Part shown: one piece after another, positions 17,858 through 25,207 of the stretch
Numbering within the stretch: the stretch's first letter is position 1
Layout of the letters: the number at the start of each line of letters is the position of its first letter
Source of the DNA: Candidatus Acidiferrales bacterium
GTDB taxonomy: Bacteria; Acidobacteriota; Terriglobia; Acidiferrales; UBA7541
Direction of reading: 5' to 3'
NCBI GenBank assembly: GCA_050018375.1
Contig: JBEKAE010000010.1
Span: 48,808-112,807 of the forward strand
Length of the DNA stretch: 64,000 bases
The notes under the pieces: generated by a model
What the model saw: the letters and a program-made list of their open reading frames with translations, nothing else
Told to the model about the DNA's origin: nothing
Databases searched by the model: none
Position numbers and translations under genes: made by a program

Positions 17858-18937
17858 TCAATCGGCCTGAGCCGGGGATTCCGCCGGGAATTCAGCTTCC
17901 GCTTCCAGCTTTCGCCGGGGGCGCTTGGAGGGGAGGCCAGCCTGACGGACCTTGTAGAGAAGCGCGCGGTAGCTGATTTTCAACACTTCGGCTGTTTTGC
18001 GGCGGTTCCAGTGATTGGCTTGGAGCACCTTCAGAATCAGATCGTGCTCCATGCGCCGCGTGACCTGCTGGGCGATTCGCTTGAGAGGGATATTGCCCTC
18101 CGGGGTCGTCTCGTAGGTAAAACTCAGCGGGGTCTTTTCAAGCCGCTCGGTCTGAAGGGCTTCTTCCGACCCGAGGACGACGTACCGGGCCAGGCAGTTC
18201 TCCAGCTCGCGGACGTTGCCCGGCCAGTCCCTCTGCTGGAGCACATGGACCGTCTCCTTTGAAAGAGGAGGCGCCTCGCGCTGGAAACGACGATTGAACT
18301 GTTGGCGGAGGTATTCGATCAGATACGGAATATCCTGGCGGCGATCGCGCAACGGGGGCAGCGTTATGCTGATGACGTTGATGCGATAAAAGAGATCCGA
18401 ACGGAAGCCGCCGGTTTCGATTTCGTGCTGGAGGCGCCGGTTCGTCGCGCAGATGACGCGCGCATCCATGCGCTTCTCTTCGTGATCCCCGATACGCGTG
18501 AAATGGCCGTCCTGGAGGACGTGAAGGAGCTTCGCCTGCAAGCTCTGGTCGAGCTCGCCGATCTCATCCATGAAGAGTGTCCCGCCCTGGGCCATTTCCA
18601 TGCGGCCGGGCTTCGCCGCATTGGCTCCGGTGAACGCGCCCTTCTGAAAACCGAACAGTTCGCTCTCAAGCAGAGTGCCAGGGATTGCCGGGCAATTGAC
18701 CTTCACAAAAGGGCCGTCGCGCCAAGGGGAGCGAGTGTGGATGAAGCGCGCCAGAACCTCTTTGCCGGTCCCGCTTTCTCCCAGGATGAGGATCGGGACA
18801 TTCAAGCCCGAGGCGCGGTCCACCTTCTGCCGGACAGACTGCATCGTCCCGGACGGACCGAAGTAGATGTGCTCGGGCGGCAGTTCGACCGGGTGCGCGA
18901 CCGTCGTCTCAGGTCTCAATTGGGCAGCGGAAGCCAT
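17858..18937 (-). CDS. sigma54-dependent transcriptional activator lacking an N-terminal regulatory domain
   Basis: AAA+ sigma54-interaction module starts ~30 aa from the N-terminus (ILILGESGTGKEVLARFIH, ESELFGFQKGAFTGA, TLFMDEIGEL, WPGNVRELEN). C-terminal Fis-type HTH (NRRKTAEVLKISYRALLYKV). Confidence 0.9.
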   Translation of the reverse strand: MASAAQLRPETTVAHPVELPPEHIYFGPSGTMQSVRQKVDRASGLNVPILILGESGTGKEVLARFIHTRSPWRDGPFVKVNCPAIPGTLLESELFGFQKGAFTGANAAKPGRMEMAQGGTLFMDEIGELDQSLQAKLLHVLQDGHFTRIGDHEEKRMDARVICATNRRLQHEIETGGFRSDLFYRINVISITLPPLRDRRQDIPYLIEYLRQQFNRRFQREAPPLSKETVHVLQQRDWPGNVRELENCLARYVVLGSEEALQTERLEKTPLSFTYETTPEGNIPLKRIAQQVTRRMEHDLILKVLQANHWNRRKTAEVLKISYRALLYKVRQAGLPSKRPRRKLEAEAEFPAESPAQAD

Positions 18938-19291
18938 AACCGGTCAACTGTGTTGCACACCAGACGCCAAAAGTGAGTTGGAGAGGATTCCTCTCCTCGT
19001 CGCCCTCGTGTTTCATAACACACTCATTCGTTGGCGTTTCCAAATGGCGGCCTGGGAGTCGTAGACCCGTTGAACTCGCATTGGGACGTGCGTTTTCTAC
19101 GGCAGGCTGGAAAATAGTTGGCACTTAGAGGAATGGTACTTCCAACTATAGTGCTAGTACCATGATTCAATTTACGCGAATTGTCGTGCCTACGCAGATT
19201 GGAGCAAGCACCCAGCACGGAGGTCGACGCGAAGCTAGCTAAGATTGTGGAGAAGCCAACGAGGAAAGTACTGCCCACCGGTGGCAGCAGT

Positions 19292-19630
19292 TCAGACGCG
19301 AGAGCCTTCGCCTCGGATGATGTCGTAGCGCTCGATCACCGCCGCGACTCCCACCGCTTCCTGATCGTCTTCGGCGCGCTTGTCAACCCGAACGACGCGT
19401 CCGTGAGCGCGAACGAAGACTTCGGTGCCACGCGTGATTTCCGCCGGCAGCGTGAGAGTGAAATCAACTTCGGTGCCGGGGGCGAGATCCTTCTGCAAGG
19501 TGAAATAGACGCCGCGTGTGGAAATGTCCCGTGTCTGACCGTTGTGCGACCTGGGTTCCCGGTTGATTGGCAGGCGAACGTTTACAGCTAGCGACAGATC
19601 GTACCGGCGGGCCATGCGACGCTCCGTCAT
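19292..19630 (-). CDS. stand-alone PilZ domain protein (PilZ-1)
   Basis: 112 aa from the ATG at 19630 (AAGGAG 8 nt upstream). c-di-GMP-binding motifs RxxxR (ERRMARR) and DxSxxG (DISTRG) are present at normal spacing. Confidence 0.8.
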   Translation of the reverse strand: MTERRMARRYDLSLAVNVRLPINREPRSHNGQTRDISTRGVYFTLQKDLAPGTEVDFTLTLPAEITRGTEVFVRAHGRVVRVDKRAEDDQEAVGVAAVIERYDIIRGEGSRV

Positions 19631-19687
19631 CCCTGCTGCTCCTTCAGGCTTGGGTTGAAGCACACAGCATCCCCCATGAACAGAATC

Positions 19688-19703
19688 AGCAATCGCTGTA
19701 CCA
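19688..19703 (-). promoter_or_regulatory. sigma54 (-24/-12) promoter candidate for PilZ-1
   Basis: The minus strand reads TGGTAC-AGCGA-TTGCT (consensus TGGCAC-N5-TTGCW). It lies 57 nt upstream of the PilZ-1 ATG. Confidence 0.6.
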
Positions 19704-20153
19704 AAGATTCGCGCGTCGCGCGACCCCTGCTGCTCGCGCGCTCGTTCCCCTTGCTGAAATGCCACGCGAAGAGCAACCCCTTTACAGACAACGAACGCTT
19801 CCGTGCATTTTCGGTTGTGGGACGATCACAACCTGTTCGAACGCGCCGGGGAATTCTCGCGCGGCCCATTTCGAAGCGGAATACTAGACCAAGCCGCGGT
19901 CAATGGGTAGTGCTATTTCGCCGCATGTGCTCAACATATGCAACTCTTTGCAGGGGTACAGGACTACGCCCCCGGCCACGACTTCCGCGGTTCTTGAACG
20001 AATTCAGACGCGCTGGCTCGCGACTCGGCGATGCAGTGAAACACGGAGAGGGAATGCGGCGCTACAGAGAAGATCGTTCGGGAGGGCGAAGCTTCTCGTC
20101 CTCTCTGTGGAATTGTGGAAATCGAAGCAGGCCGTGTTCTTTCGAATCGCGCG

Positions 20154-21695
20154 CTAGGAACTGCGCACCGCGGGCACTGCGGGTGTTTCTTCTTTCGCGG
20201 TTTCCTTCGCTGCGGTTTCCTTCGCGGCAGCCTCTTTCGCCGTAGCTTCCTTGGCCGCCGCTGCCGTCTTTGCCGCTTCTTTCGAAGCTGCGGAACGCGA
20301 GCCGCGTCCGGAATCGAGATTGAACTGGCGCATCTTGTAGAGCAGCGCCTTGTAGCTGATCCCAAGCATCCGCGCCGCATCCTTGCGGCACCAGTTCGTT
20401 TTTTCAAGCGCGTCGGCGATGGCTTCCATTTCGGCTTCGTCCTTCAAGCCGCGCACGAGCGCTTTGAGGCCCTGTTCCTTGGGCGCAGGCGTCTCTTCGC
20501 GAGGCGCTATGCGCTGCTGCTGCCCGGTCATATCGAGAAGCTCGCGGAAGCTGCCTTCGTCATCTTCGAGGATGACGTAGCGCTTCACGAAATTTTCAAG
20601 CTCGCGCAGGTTGCCGGGCCACGGATAACGCAGCGTGGCTTCGAGCAGATGTTTCGAAGGATCGGGCGCCGCCTTCTGGTATTTTTCGCTGTACTTGGCC
20701 AGGAAGTGGCGGAAAAGGAGCGGAATTTCCGCCGTCCGCTCGCGCAGCGGCGGGATGTGGATCGAGAGGACGTTCAGCCGGTAATAGAGGTCTTCGCGGA
20801 AGCGCCCGGAACGCATGGCGTCCTTCACGTCCATATTGGTCGCCGCCAGAACGCGGACGTCCACATTGACGACCGCGCGTGCGCCCAGACGTGAATACTG
20901 GCCGTCCTGCAAAACGTGCAGGAGCTTCGCCTGAAGGTGGGGGCTCATCTCGGCGATTTCGTCGAGGAAGATCGTGCCCTTGTTGGCGAGCTCGAACTTG
21001 CCGGGCTTCGCGCGCACGGCGCCCGTAAAAGCGCCCTGTTCGTAGCCGAAAAGCTCCGATTCCAGCAGTTCGCCCGGCAGCGCCGCGCAATTCACTTTGA
21101 CAAAGGGCTGATGCAGGCGCGTGGAGCGCAGATGGATCATGCGGGCAACGACTTCTTTACCGACTCCGCTTTCGCCGCTGATGAAAACCGGCACATCGAC
21201 GGGCGCAATTTGCAGAATCTGCTGCCGGATCTTGAGCATTTGCGGGCTGGCCGCGAGGAAGGAGATGTCCTCGGTCAGAGCCTCGCAATATTCGCGCAAC
21301 GCCTGGTTTTCCGAACGCAGTTCCTTCTTCTGGTGGCACTTGAGAAATGCCGCGTCGAGCTCCGGCTTCTCGAACGGCTTGGTCAGGTAATCGATCGCGC
21401 CGAGCCGGATCGCTTCGACCACCGTCGTCACTTCGTTCGAGCACGAGAGCATCAGGACGTTGAGCGAGCGGTCCACCTGCATCAACTGCTTGAGCGTCTC
21501 GATGCCGTCCATTTCGGGCATGAGGACGTCGAGAATGATGAAGTCGGGCCGCTCTCCATCGCCGATCCGCTTGAGGGCTTCCTTGCCGCTCGCGAGCGTC
21601 TCCACCTCGAAGCCGTCTACTTCGAGCAGCGTCTGGAGATACTTCCGGATGCTCGGTTCATCGTCCACGACCATGATCTTTTCTTTGTTCGCCAT
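20154..21695 (-). CDS. NtrC-family sigma54-dependent response regulator
   Basis: Canonical receiver (IMVVDDEPSIR...DFIILDVLMPEMDG...YLTKPF). AAA+ module (VFISGESGVGKEVVARMIH, GAFTGA, WPGNLRELEN). Fis-type HTH, then an Ala/Lys/Glu-rich tail of ~50 aa. Confidence 0.9.
   Translation of the reverse strand: MANKEKIMVVDDEPSIRKYLQTLLEVDGFEVETLASGKEALKRIGDGERPDFIILDVLMPEMDGIETLKQLMQVDRSLNVLMLSCSNEVTTVVEAIRLGAIDYLTKPFEKPELDAAFLKCHQKKELRSENQALREYCEALTEDISFLAASPQMLKIRQQILQIAPVDVPVFISGESGVGKEVVARMIHLRSTRLHQPFVKVNCAALPGELLESELFGYEQGAFTGAVRAKPGKFELANKGTIFLDEIAEMSPHLQAKLLHVLQDGQYSRLGARAVVNVDVRVLAATNMDVKDAMRSGRFREDLYYRLNVLSIHIPPLRERTAEIPLLFRHFLAKYSEKYQKAAPDPSKHLLEATLRYPWPGNLRELENFVKRYVILEDDEGSFRELLDMTGQQQRIAPREETPAPKEQGLKALVRGLKDEAEMEAIADALEKTNWCRKDAARMLGISYKALLYKMRQFNLDSGRGSRSAASKEAAKTAAAAKEATAKEAAAKETAAKETAKEETPAVPAVRSS
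20197..20256 (-). repeat. 15-bp coding tandem repeat (about 4 units) in the 3' end of the NtrC-family gene
   Basis: GCGGTTTCCTTCGCT / GCGGTTTCCTTCGCG, then two degenerate units. It encodes the AKE(A/T)A repeats (..AKEATAKEAAAKETAAKETAKEE..). Confidence 0.7.
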
Positions 21696-21730
21696 CGTTT
21701 TTACCTATGGAGCGAGATTTCCCGCTCAGT

Positions 21731-22936
21731 TTACTCGACGTAGGTGGGTAGCAGGAAAGAAAACGTGCTCCCGCGGCCCTCCTCGCTGTTTACCCAGACC
21801 TTTCCGCGATGCGCCTGGATCAATCGCTTCGTGATTGCCAGCCCCAGGCCCATTCCCGATGAAGAAGGATCGACGCGCACGAACTCTTCGAAGATCTCCT
21901 GGTGAAACTCAGGCGCGATCCCGTTGCCCGTATCCGTGACGGAAACCAGGACGCTATTCGAGCGCCGGCCGTTGTCGCGCCGCCGCTCATCCGAAGGAGA
22001 CGCGTCCGCAACGCGCCGTTCCCAGAAGTGCGGCTGAGCTACCAGCGTCACCGATCCGTTCGCCGGCGTGTGCTTGAGCGCGTTATCGATCAGATTGAAG
22101 ATGCACTGCTGGACTTTTTGGTAATCGAACTTGAACAGCGGCAGGTCCGGGTGAATCCGGACGTCGAGACGCACGTCCGCGCGTTGGAACCCATCCTGCC
22201 AGCGGCCCGCCAGATCGTTGATGCAGTCGCGGAGATCGTTCTCGCACAATTGCAACACGAGCTTGCCGCTCTCCAGCGCGGAATAGTTCAGGAACATCGA
22301 CACGAGGCGCACCAGCCGGTCGCAGCTTTCTTTCGATTCCTGCAAAATCTCCCGTTGCCGGTCGCTGAGTTTCCCGAGAGAACCCGAGAGCAATAGATCG
22401 TTGTAGCCCTTCATTACGGCGAGGGGCGTTTTCAACTCGTGCGCGGCCGACGCGAGCAAGACCGTCTTCTGCCGGTTCGCTTCCTGAAGACGCAGGTACG
22501 CGGCCAGAAGATTCCGGTACGTGATTTCTCTTTCCTGCAGCAACTCCTGGACGGTCTGGCGCATTTGCGCCTCGTCCGCGGGAGCTTCGGTGGGTGATGG
22601 CTCGATGTAGACGGCGAGCCAGTCCGGTTCCGGCAGCCAGCGAATTCGCGCTCGGGACTTGCCCTCCGGGGATTCGAGCGGAAGGCTGACTTCCTGCTCG
22701 CCCCCCTCCAGTTGTCCCAGGATTCCTTTGCGATCGGCGTGCAGAATGTCTCGGAAGAGGTTTGCGTCCGGCTTCCCGCCCCATTGCAGCATCTTCAGGG
22801 CGTTCTGCGCGTGGAGATTGGTGAAGAGGATCTGCCCGCCGCGGTCCGCCACCAGCAGTGGACGATCCAGAGCGTCCAGCAGGCTTGCGACCAGTTGAAA
22901 ACTCGCCTGGCCGCTCGTCTGCTTTTCGGCTGTCAT
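21731..22936 (-). CDS. cytoplasmic sensor histidine kinase (PAS-like N-terminus, HisKA, HATPase_c)
   Basis: H-box AAHELKTPLAVMKGYNDLL. N/G boxes (IDNALKHTP, VTDTGNGIAPE, GMGLGLAI). No clear transmembrane helix. Start taken at MTAEKQTSG (22936). It ends 35 nt upstream of the response regulator gene. Confidence 0.85.
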   Translation of the reverse strand: MTAEKQTSGQASFQLVASLLDALDRPLLVADRGGQILFTNLHAQNALKMLQWGGKPDANLFRDILHADRKGILGQLEGGEQEVSLPLESPEGKSRARIRWLPEPDWLAVYIEPSPTEAPADEAQMRQTVQELLQEREITYRNLLAAYLRLQEANRQKTVLLASAAHELKTPLAVMKGYNDLLLSGSLGKLSDRQREILQESKESCDRLVRLVSMFLNYSALESGKLVLQLCENDLRDCINDLAGRWQDGFQRADVRLDVRIHPDLPLFKFDYQKVQQCIFNLIDNALKHTPANGSVTLVAQPHFWERRVADASPSDERRRDNGRRSNSVLVSVTDTGNGIAPEFHQEIFEEFVRVDPSSSGMGLGLAITKRLIQAHRGKVWVNSEEGRGSTFSFLLPTYVE

Positions 22937-23209
22937 GCTTTTCGCCAACTCGCCCTCCGACGGCTCCGGATCACAGGCTAAAGACACCACTCTCTTGCCT
23001 GCCGAGAGAATCGAGTGGGGATGGTCTCGAAGAGCCGTATGCTCGCAAAAGGTAGCAAGTAGTGTCAATGGTAAAAGCGTCCTACGTTTGCACAATCGTG
23101 GAAATGAATTGCAGCAAATGGGCACATTTCAATGGAGTCGGCCGCTTGGCGGCTGGCACACGGCTCCGTAGGATGCTGATAATAGGTCGCTTATTGGGAC
23201 GCCTTGAGG

Positions 23210-23225
23210 GGGCCTAGAACTTGCA
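23210..23225 (+). promoter_or_regulatory. sigma54 (-24/-12) promoter candidate for PilZ-2
   Basis: GGGCCT-AGAAC-TTGCA has GG and TTGC at consensus spacing. It lies 40 nt upstream of the ATG at 23266, in an AT-rich spacer. Confidence 0.55.
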
Positions 23226-23265
23226 AGAAAATTGGCGTCTAATTAAGTACTAATACTTGGGTACC

Positions 23266-23625
23266 ATGAGCATTAAGGAAAATGTCGTCGATCAGAAGAT
23301 AGCGGTGCCCCTATATGACGAGCGCCGGCGTTTCCAGCGCATCCGTCTCCAGGTGCCCCTGTTCATCCGTGGCCGAGACGTGCACGGCGAGCAGTTCATG
23401 GAGCTCGCTAAGACACTGGATATCAGCGCCATAGGGGCCTTCCTCGCTTGTCCCAGGGCACTGTCGATGAATCACATCGTGACGCTGACGATCCCGGCGC
23501 CATCCATAATCTCTTCCGGCCTAGTTCCGGCGGGGATGCCACCGATCCAGGCGCGCGTGAAAAGACAGCAGGAAGCTGGAGAAGTGCACCTAGTCGGCGT
23601 TGAATTTCTGAAGCCAATTGGCTGA
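23266..23625 (+). CDS. stand-alone PilZ domain protein (PilZ-2)
   Basis: RxxxR (ERRRFQR) and DxSxxG (DISAIG) motifs. 119 aa from the ATG at 23266 (alternative TTG at 23257). Confidence 0.8.
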   Translation: MSIKENVVDQKIAVPLYDERRRFQRIRLQVPLFIRGRDVHGEQFMELAKTLDISAIGAFLACPRALSMNHIVTLTIPAPSIISSGLVPAGMPPIQARVKRQQEAGEVHLVGVEFLKPIG

Positions 23626-23718
23626 GAGTTTTCCACAGACCTTCGACCACCAGCGACAGCCCACTGAGCCAAAAGTGGAACCGCTTTTCCGCTTTTCGCG
23701 CAGGGGGATACAATCCTC

Positions 23719-23744
23719 GCCGTCCGAAACGGCCTAATTTTTTT
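23719..23744 (+). terminator. rho-independent terminator candidate after PilZ-2
   Basis: GCCGT-CCGAA-ACGGC stem-loop (23719-23733), followed after 4 nt by T7 (23738-23744). Confidence 0.5.
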
Positions 23745-23793
23745 CTTGGCAGCGACTTACAGCTGCGTCTTGGGTTAGATTCTTCTCCGGGAT

Positions 23794-23809
23794 TGGACTG
23801 TCCCTTGCT
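23794..23809 (+). promoter_or_regulatory. sigma54 (-24/-12) promoter candidate for the GGDEF-PilZ gene
   Basis: TGGACT-GTCCC-TTGCT lies 66 nt upstream of the ATG at 23876 and downstream of the PilZ-2 terminator candidate. Confidence 0.55.
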
Positions 23810-23875
23810 ACAGTCTTGCTGCCCCGCAGGGACTCCTGATTTCAGGGTAGGTTAGATTCTATTCGGAATCCATTG

Positions 23876-25120
23876 ATGCCCCAGCCCGGCGACGCTTCCC
23901 AGCCGCAGCCATCGGCCGAGGACTCCTTCCTGGATCTGCTGGTAGAGACTCTGGAAGGACTCGACGATTCCGCCCGCGGACAATTCCTGCGGCAATTCTT
24001 CCGCACAGTCGCACAGATCGATCTCCCCGAGACAGAGAGCAACGAGTATTGGCGGCAGATTCTCCAGCGGCGCCGCGAACTCTCCGAAAGCCTCGGAAGA
24101 AAAGTCTCTCTGGCGACCTCCTTGGTGGATGTGCTTGCCTCGACGAATTTTCTGCGCATTCCGATCTTGATGGAGTACGACGATTTCAAGAAACTGCAAA
24201 TCAACGCCGCCACCGACGGGCTGACCGGACTTTACAATCGCCGCCTTTTCGACGAGTACTGCGAGAAGGAATTGAACCGCGCCAAGCGCTACAACCATCA
24301 CCTCGCGATCGTCATTCTCGATCTGCACAAGCTCAAGGAAGTGAACGACCGCCACGGCCATCTGCGGGGCGATCAGGTGTTGCAGCTCGCCGCCACAACG
24401 TTGCGCAAGACGCTGCGCGCTTCCGACTTTGCCTTTCGCATCGGCGGAGATGAATTTGCGCTGCTCCTGCCGCTGACCGACCCCGAACAGGCGGTCACGC
24501 TCTGCCGGCGCGTCCGCACGCTCTACGAAAGCGACGTTCGCCCGCTGAAACTCGATGTTGGAGTGACGCTTGATTTTGGCGTGGCCGTCCATCCGCAGGA
24601 CGGCGATCAAAAGAGCGACTTGCTGCGCACGGCGGACGAAAGACTCTACGAATTGAAGCATTCGGGCCGCACACCGCGCGTCATTCCGATCGAGCCGTAT
24701 CCGCCGCGCGAACCGGCCGCAGCTCCGGCGCCGGCTCCGGTCGCCCCGTCCGTGCCGCCTGCACCTGCGCCGGCCCCAACTCCGGCACCTGCGCCCAGCG
24801 TTGTCCCCGGCCCCCCGCCGCATATCGAGCGCCGCAAGTGGGAGCGCGTGTCGCTGGCAGGGACGAAGGCGCACGCAATCCTCACGGATGTCGGCGAGAA
24901 AACCGCGAAGGTGGATGTCGGCCAGAAAACGGCGAAGGTAATCGACCTGAGCTATGGCGGCGTGGCCCTCCTGTTCGACCGAACGGAAGAGCTCCCCGCT
25001 CAATTCCACGCGGTTCTTCACGTGCCGATTCTGCCGCCCGTTCGCGTCGTCTTGCGCAAGGTATACACGCTGCGCGGTGACGACGGCCGCATGCGCGCGG
25101 GCTGCTCCTTCGTTTCCTAG
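23876..25120 (+). CDS. diguanylate cyclase (GGDEF) fused to a C-terminal PilZ domain
   Basis: TDGLTGLYNRR...RIGGDEFALLL is an active-site GGDEF. I-site RASD sits 5 aa upstream of it. A Pro/Ala-rich linker follows (PAAAPAPAPVAPSVPPAPAPAPTPAPAPS). Then a PilZ domain with RRKWER and DLSYGG. Confidence 0.85.
   Translation: MPQPGDASQPQPSAEDSFLDLLVETLEGLDDSARGQFLRQFFRTVAQIDLPETESNEYWRQILQRRRELSESLGRKVSLATSLVDVLASTNFLRIPILMEYDDFKKLQINAATDGLTGLYNRRLFDEYCEKELNRAKRYNHHLAIVILDLHKLKEVNDRHGHLRGDQVLQLAATTLRKTLRASDFAFRIGGDEFALLLPLTDPEQAVTLCRRVRTLYESDVRPLKLDVGVTLDFGVAVHPQDGDQKSDLLRTADERLYELKHSGRTPRVIPIEPYPPREPAAAPAPAPVAPSVPPAPAPAPTPAPAPSVVPGPPPHIERRKWERVSLAGTKAHAILTDVGEKTAKVDVGQKTAKVIDLSYGGVALLFDRTEELPAQFHAVLHVPILPPVRVVLRKVYTLRGDDGRMRAGCSFVS
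24887..24940 (+). repeat. 27-bp in-frame tandem duplication inside the PilZ domain
   Basis: GATGTCGGCGAGAAAACCGCGAAGGTG / GATGTCGGCCAGAAAACGGCGAAGGTA, 24 of 27 nt identical. It encodes DVGEKTAKV / DVGQKTAKV directly before the DLSYGG motif. Confidence 0.9.
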
Positions 25121-25207
25121 TGCCGCGATAGTCTCGCGCTGGAAAAATCGCCCTTGCCGGGTTACCATACGGCTTCGTTCCGGCCCGCCGACTGAGTTGG
25201 ACGTCCC

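Noticed and set aside
19181-19591. 136-aa plus-strand ORF
   Set aside because: It is antisense to PilZ-1, which has the RxxxR/DxSxxG motifs, a good Shine-Dalgarno and a promoter candidate.
24700-24830. Short GC-rich periodic repeats (also 39655-39790 and 20197-20256), considered as a possible CRISPR or other repeat array
   Set aside because: They are in-frame low-complexity coding sequence (a Pro/Ala linker, a Gly-rich linker and an AKE tail). They have no spacer structure.
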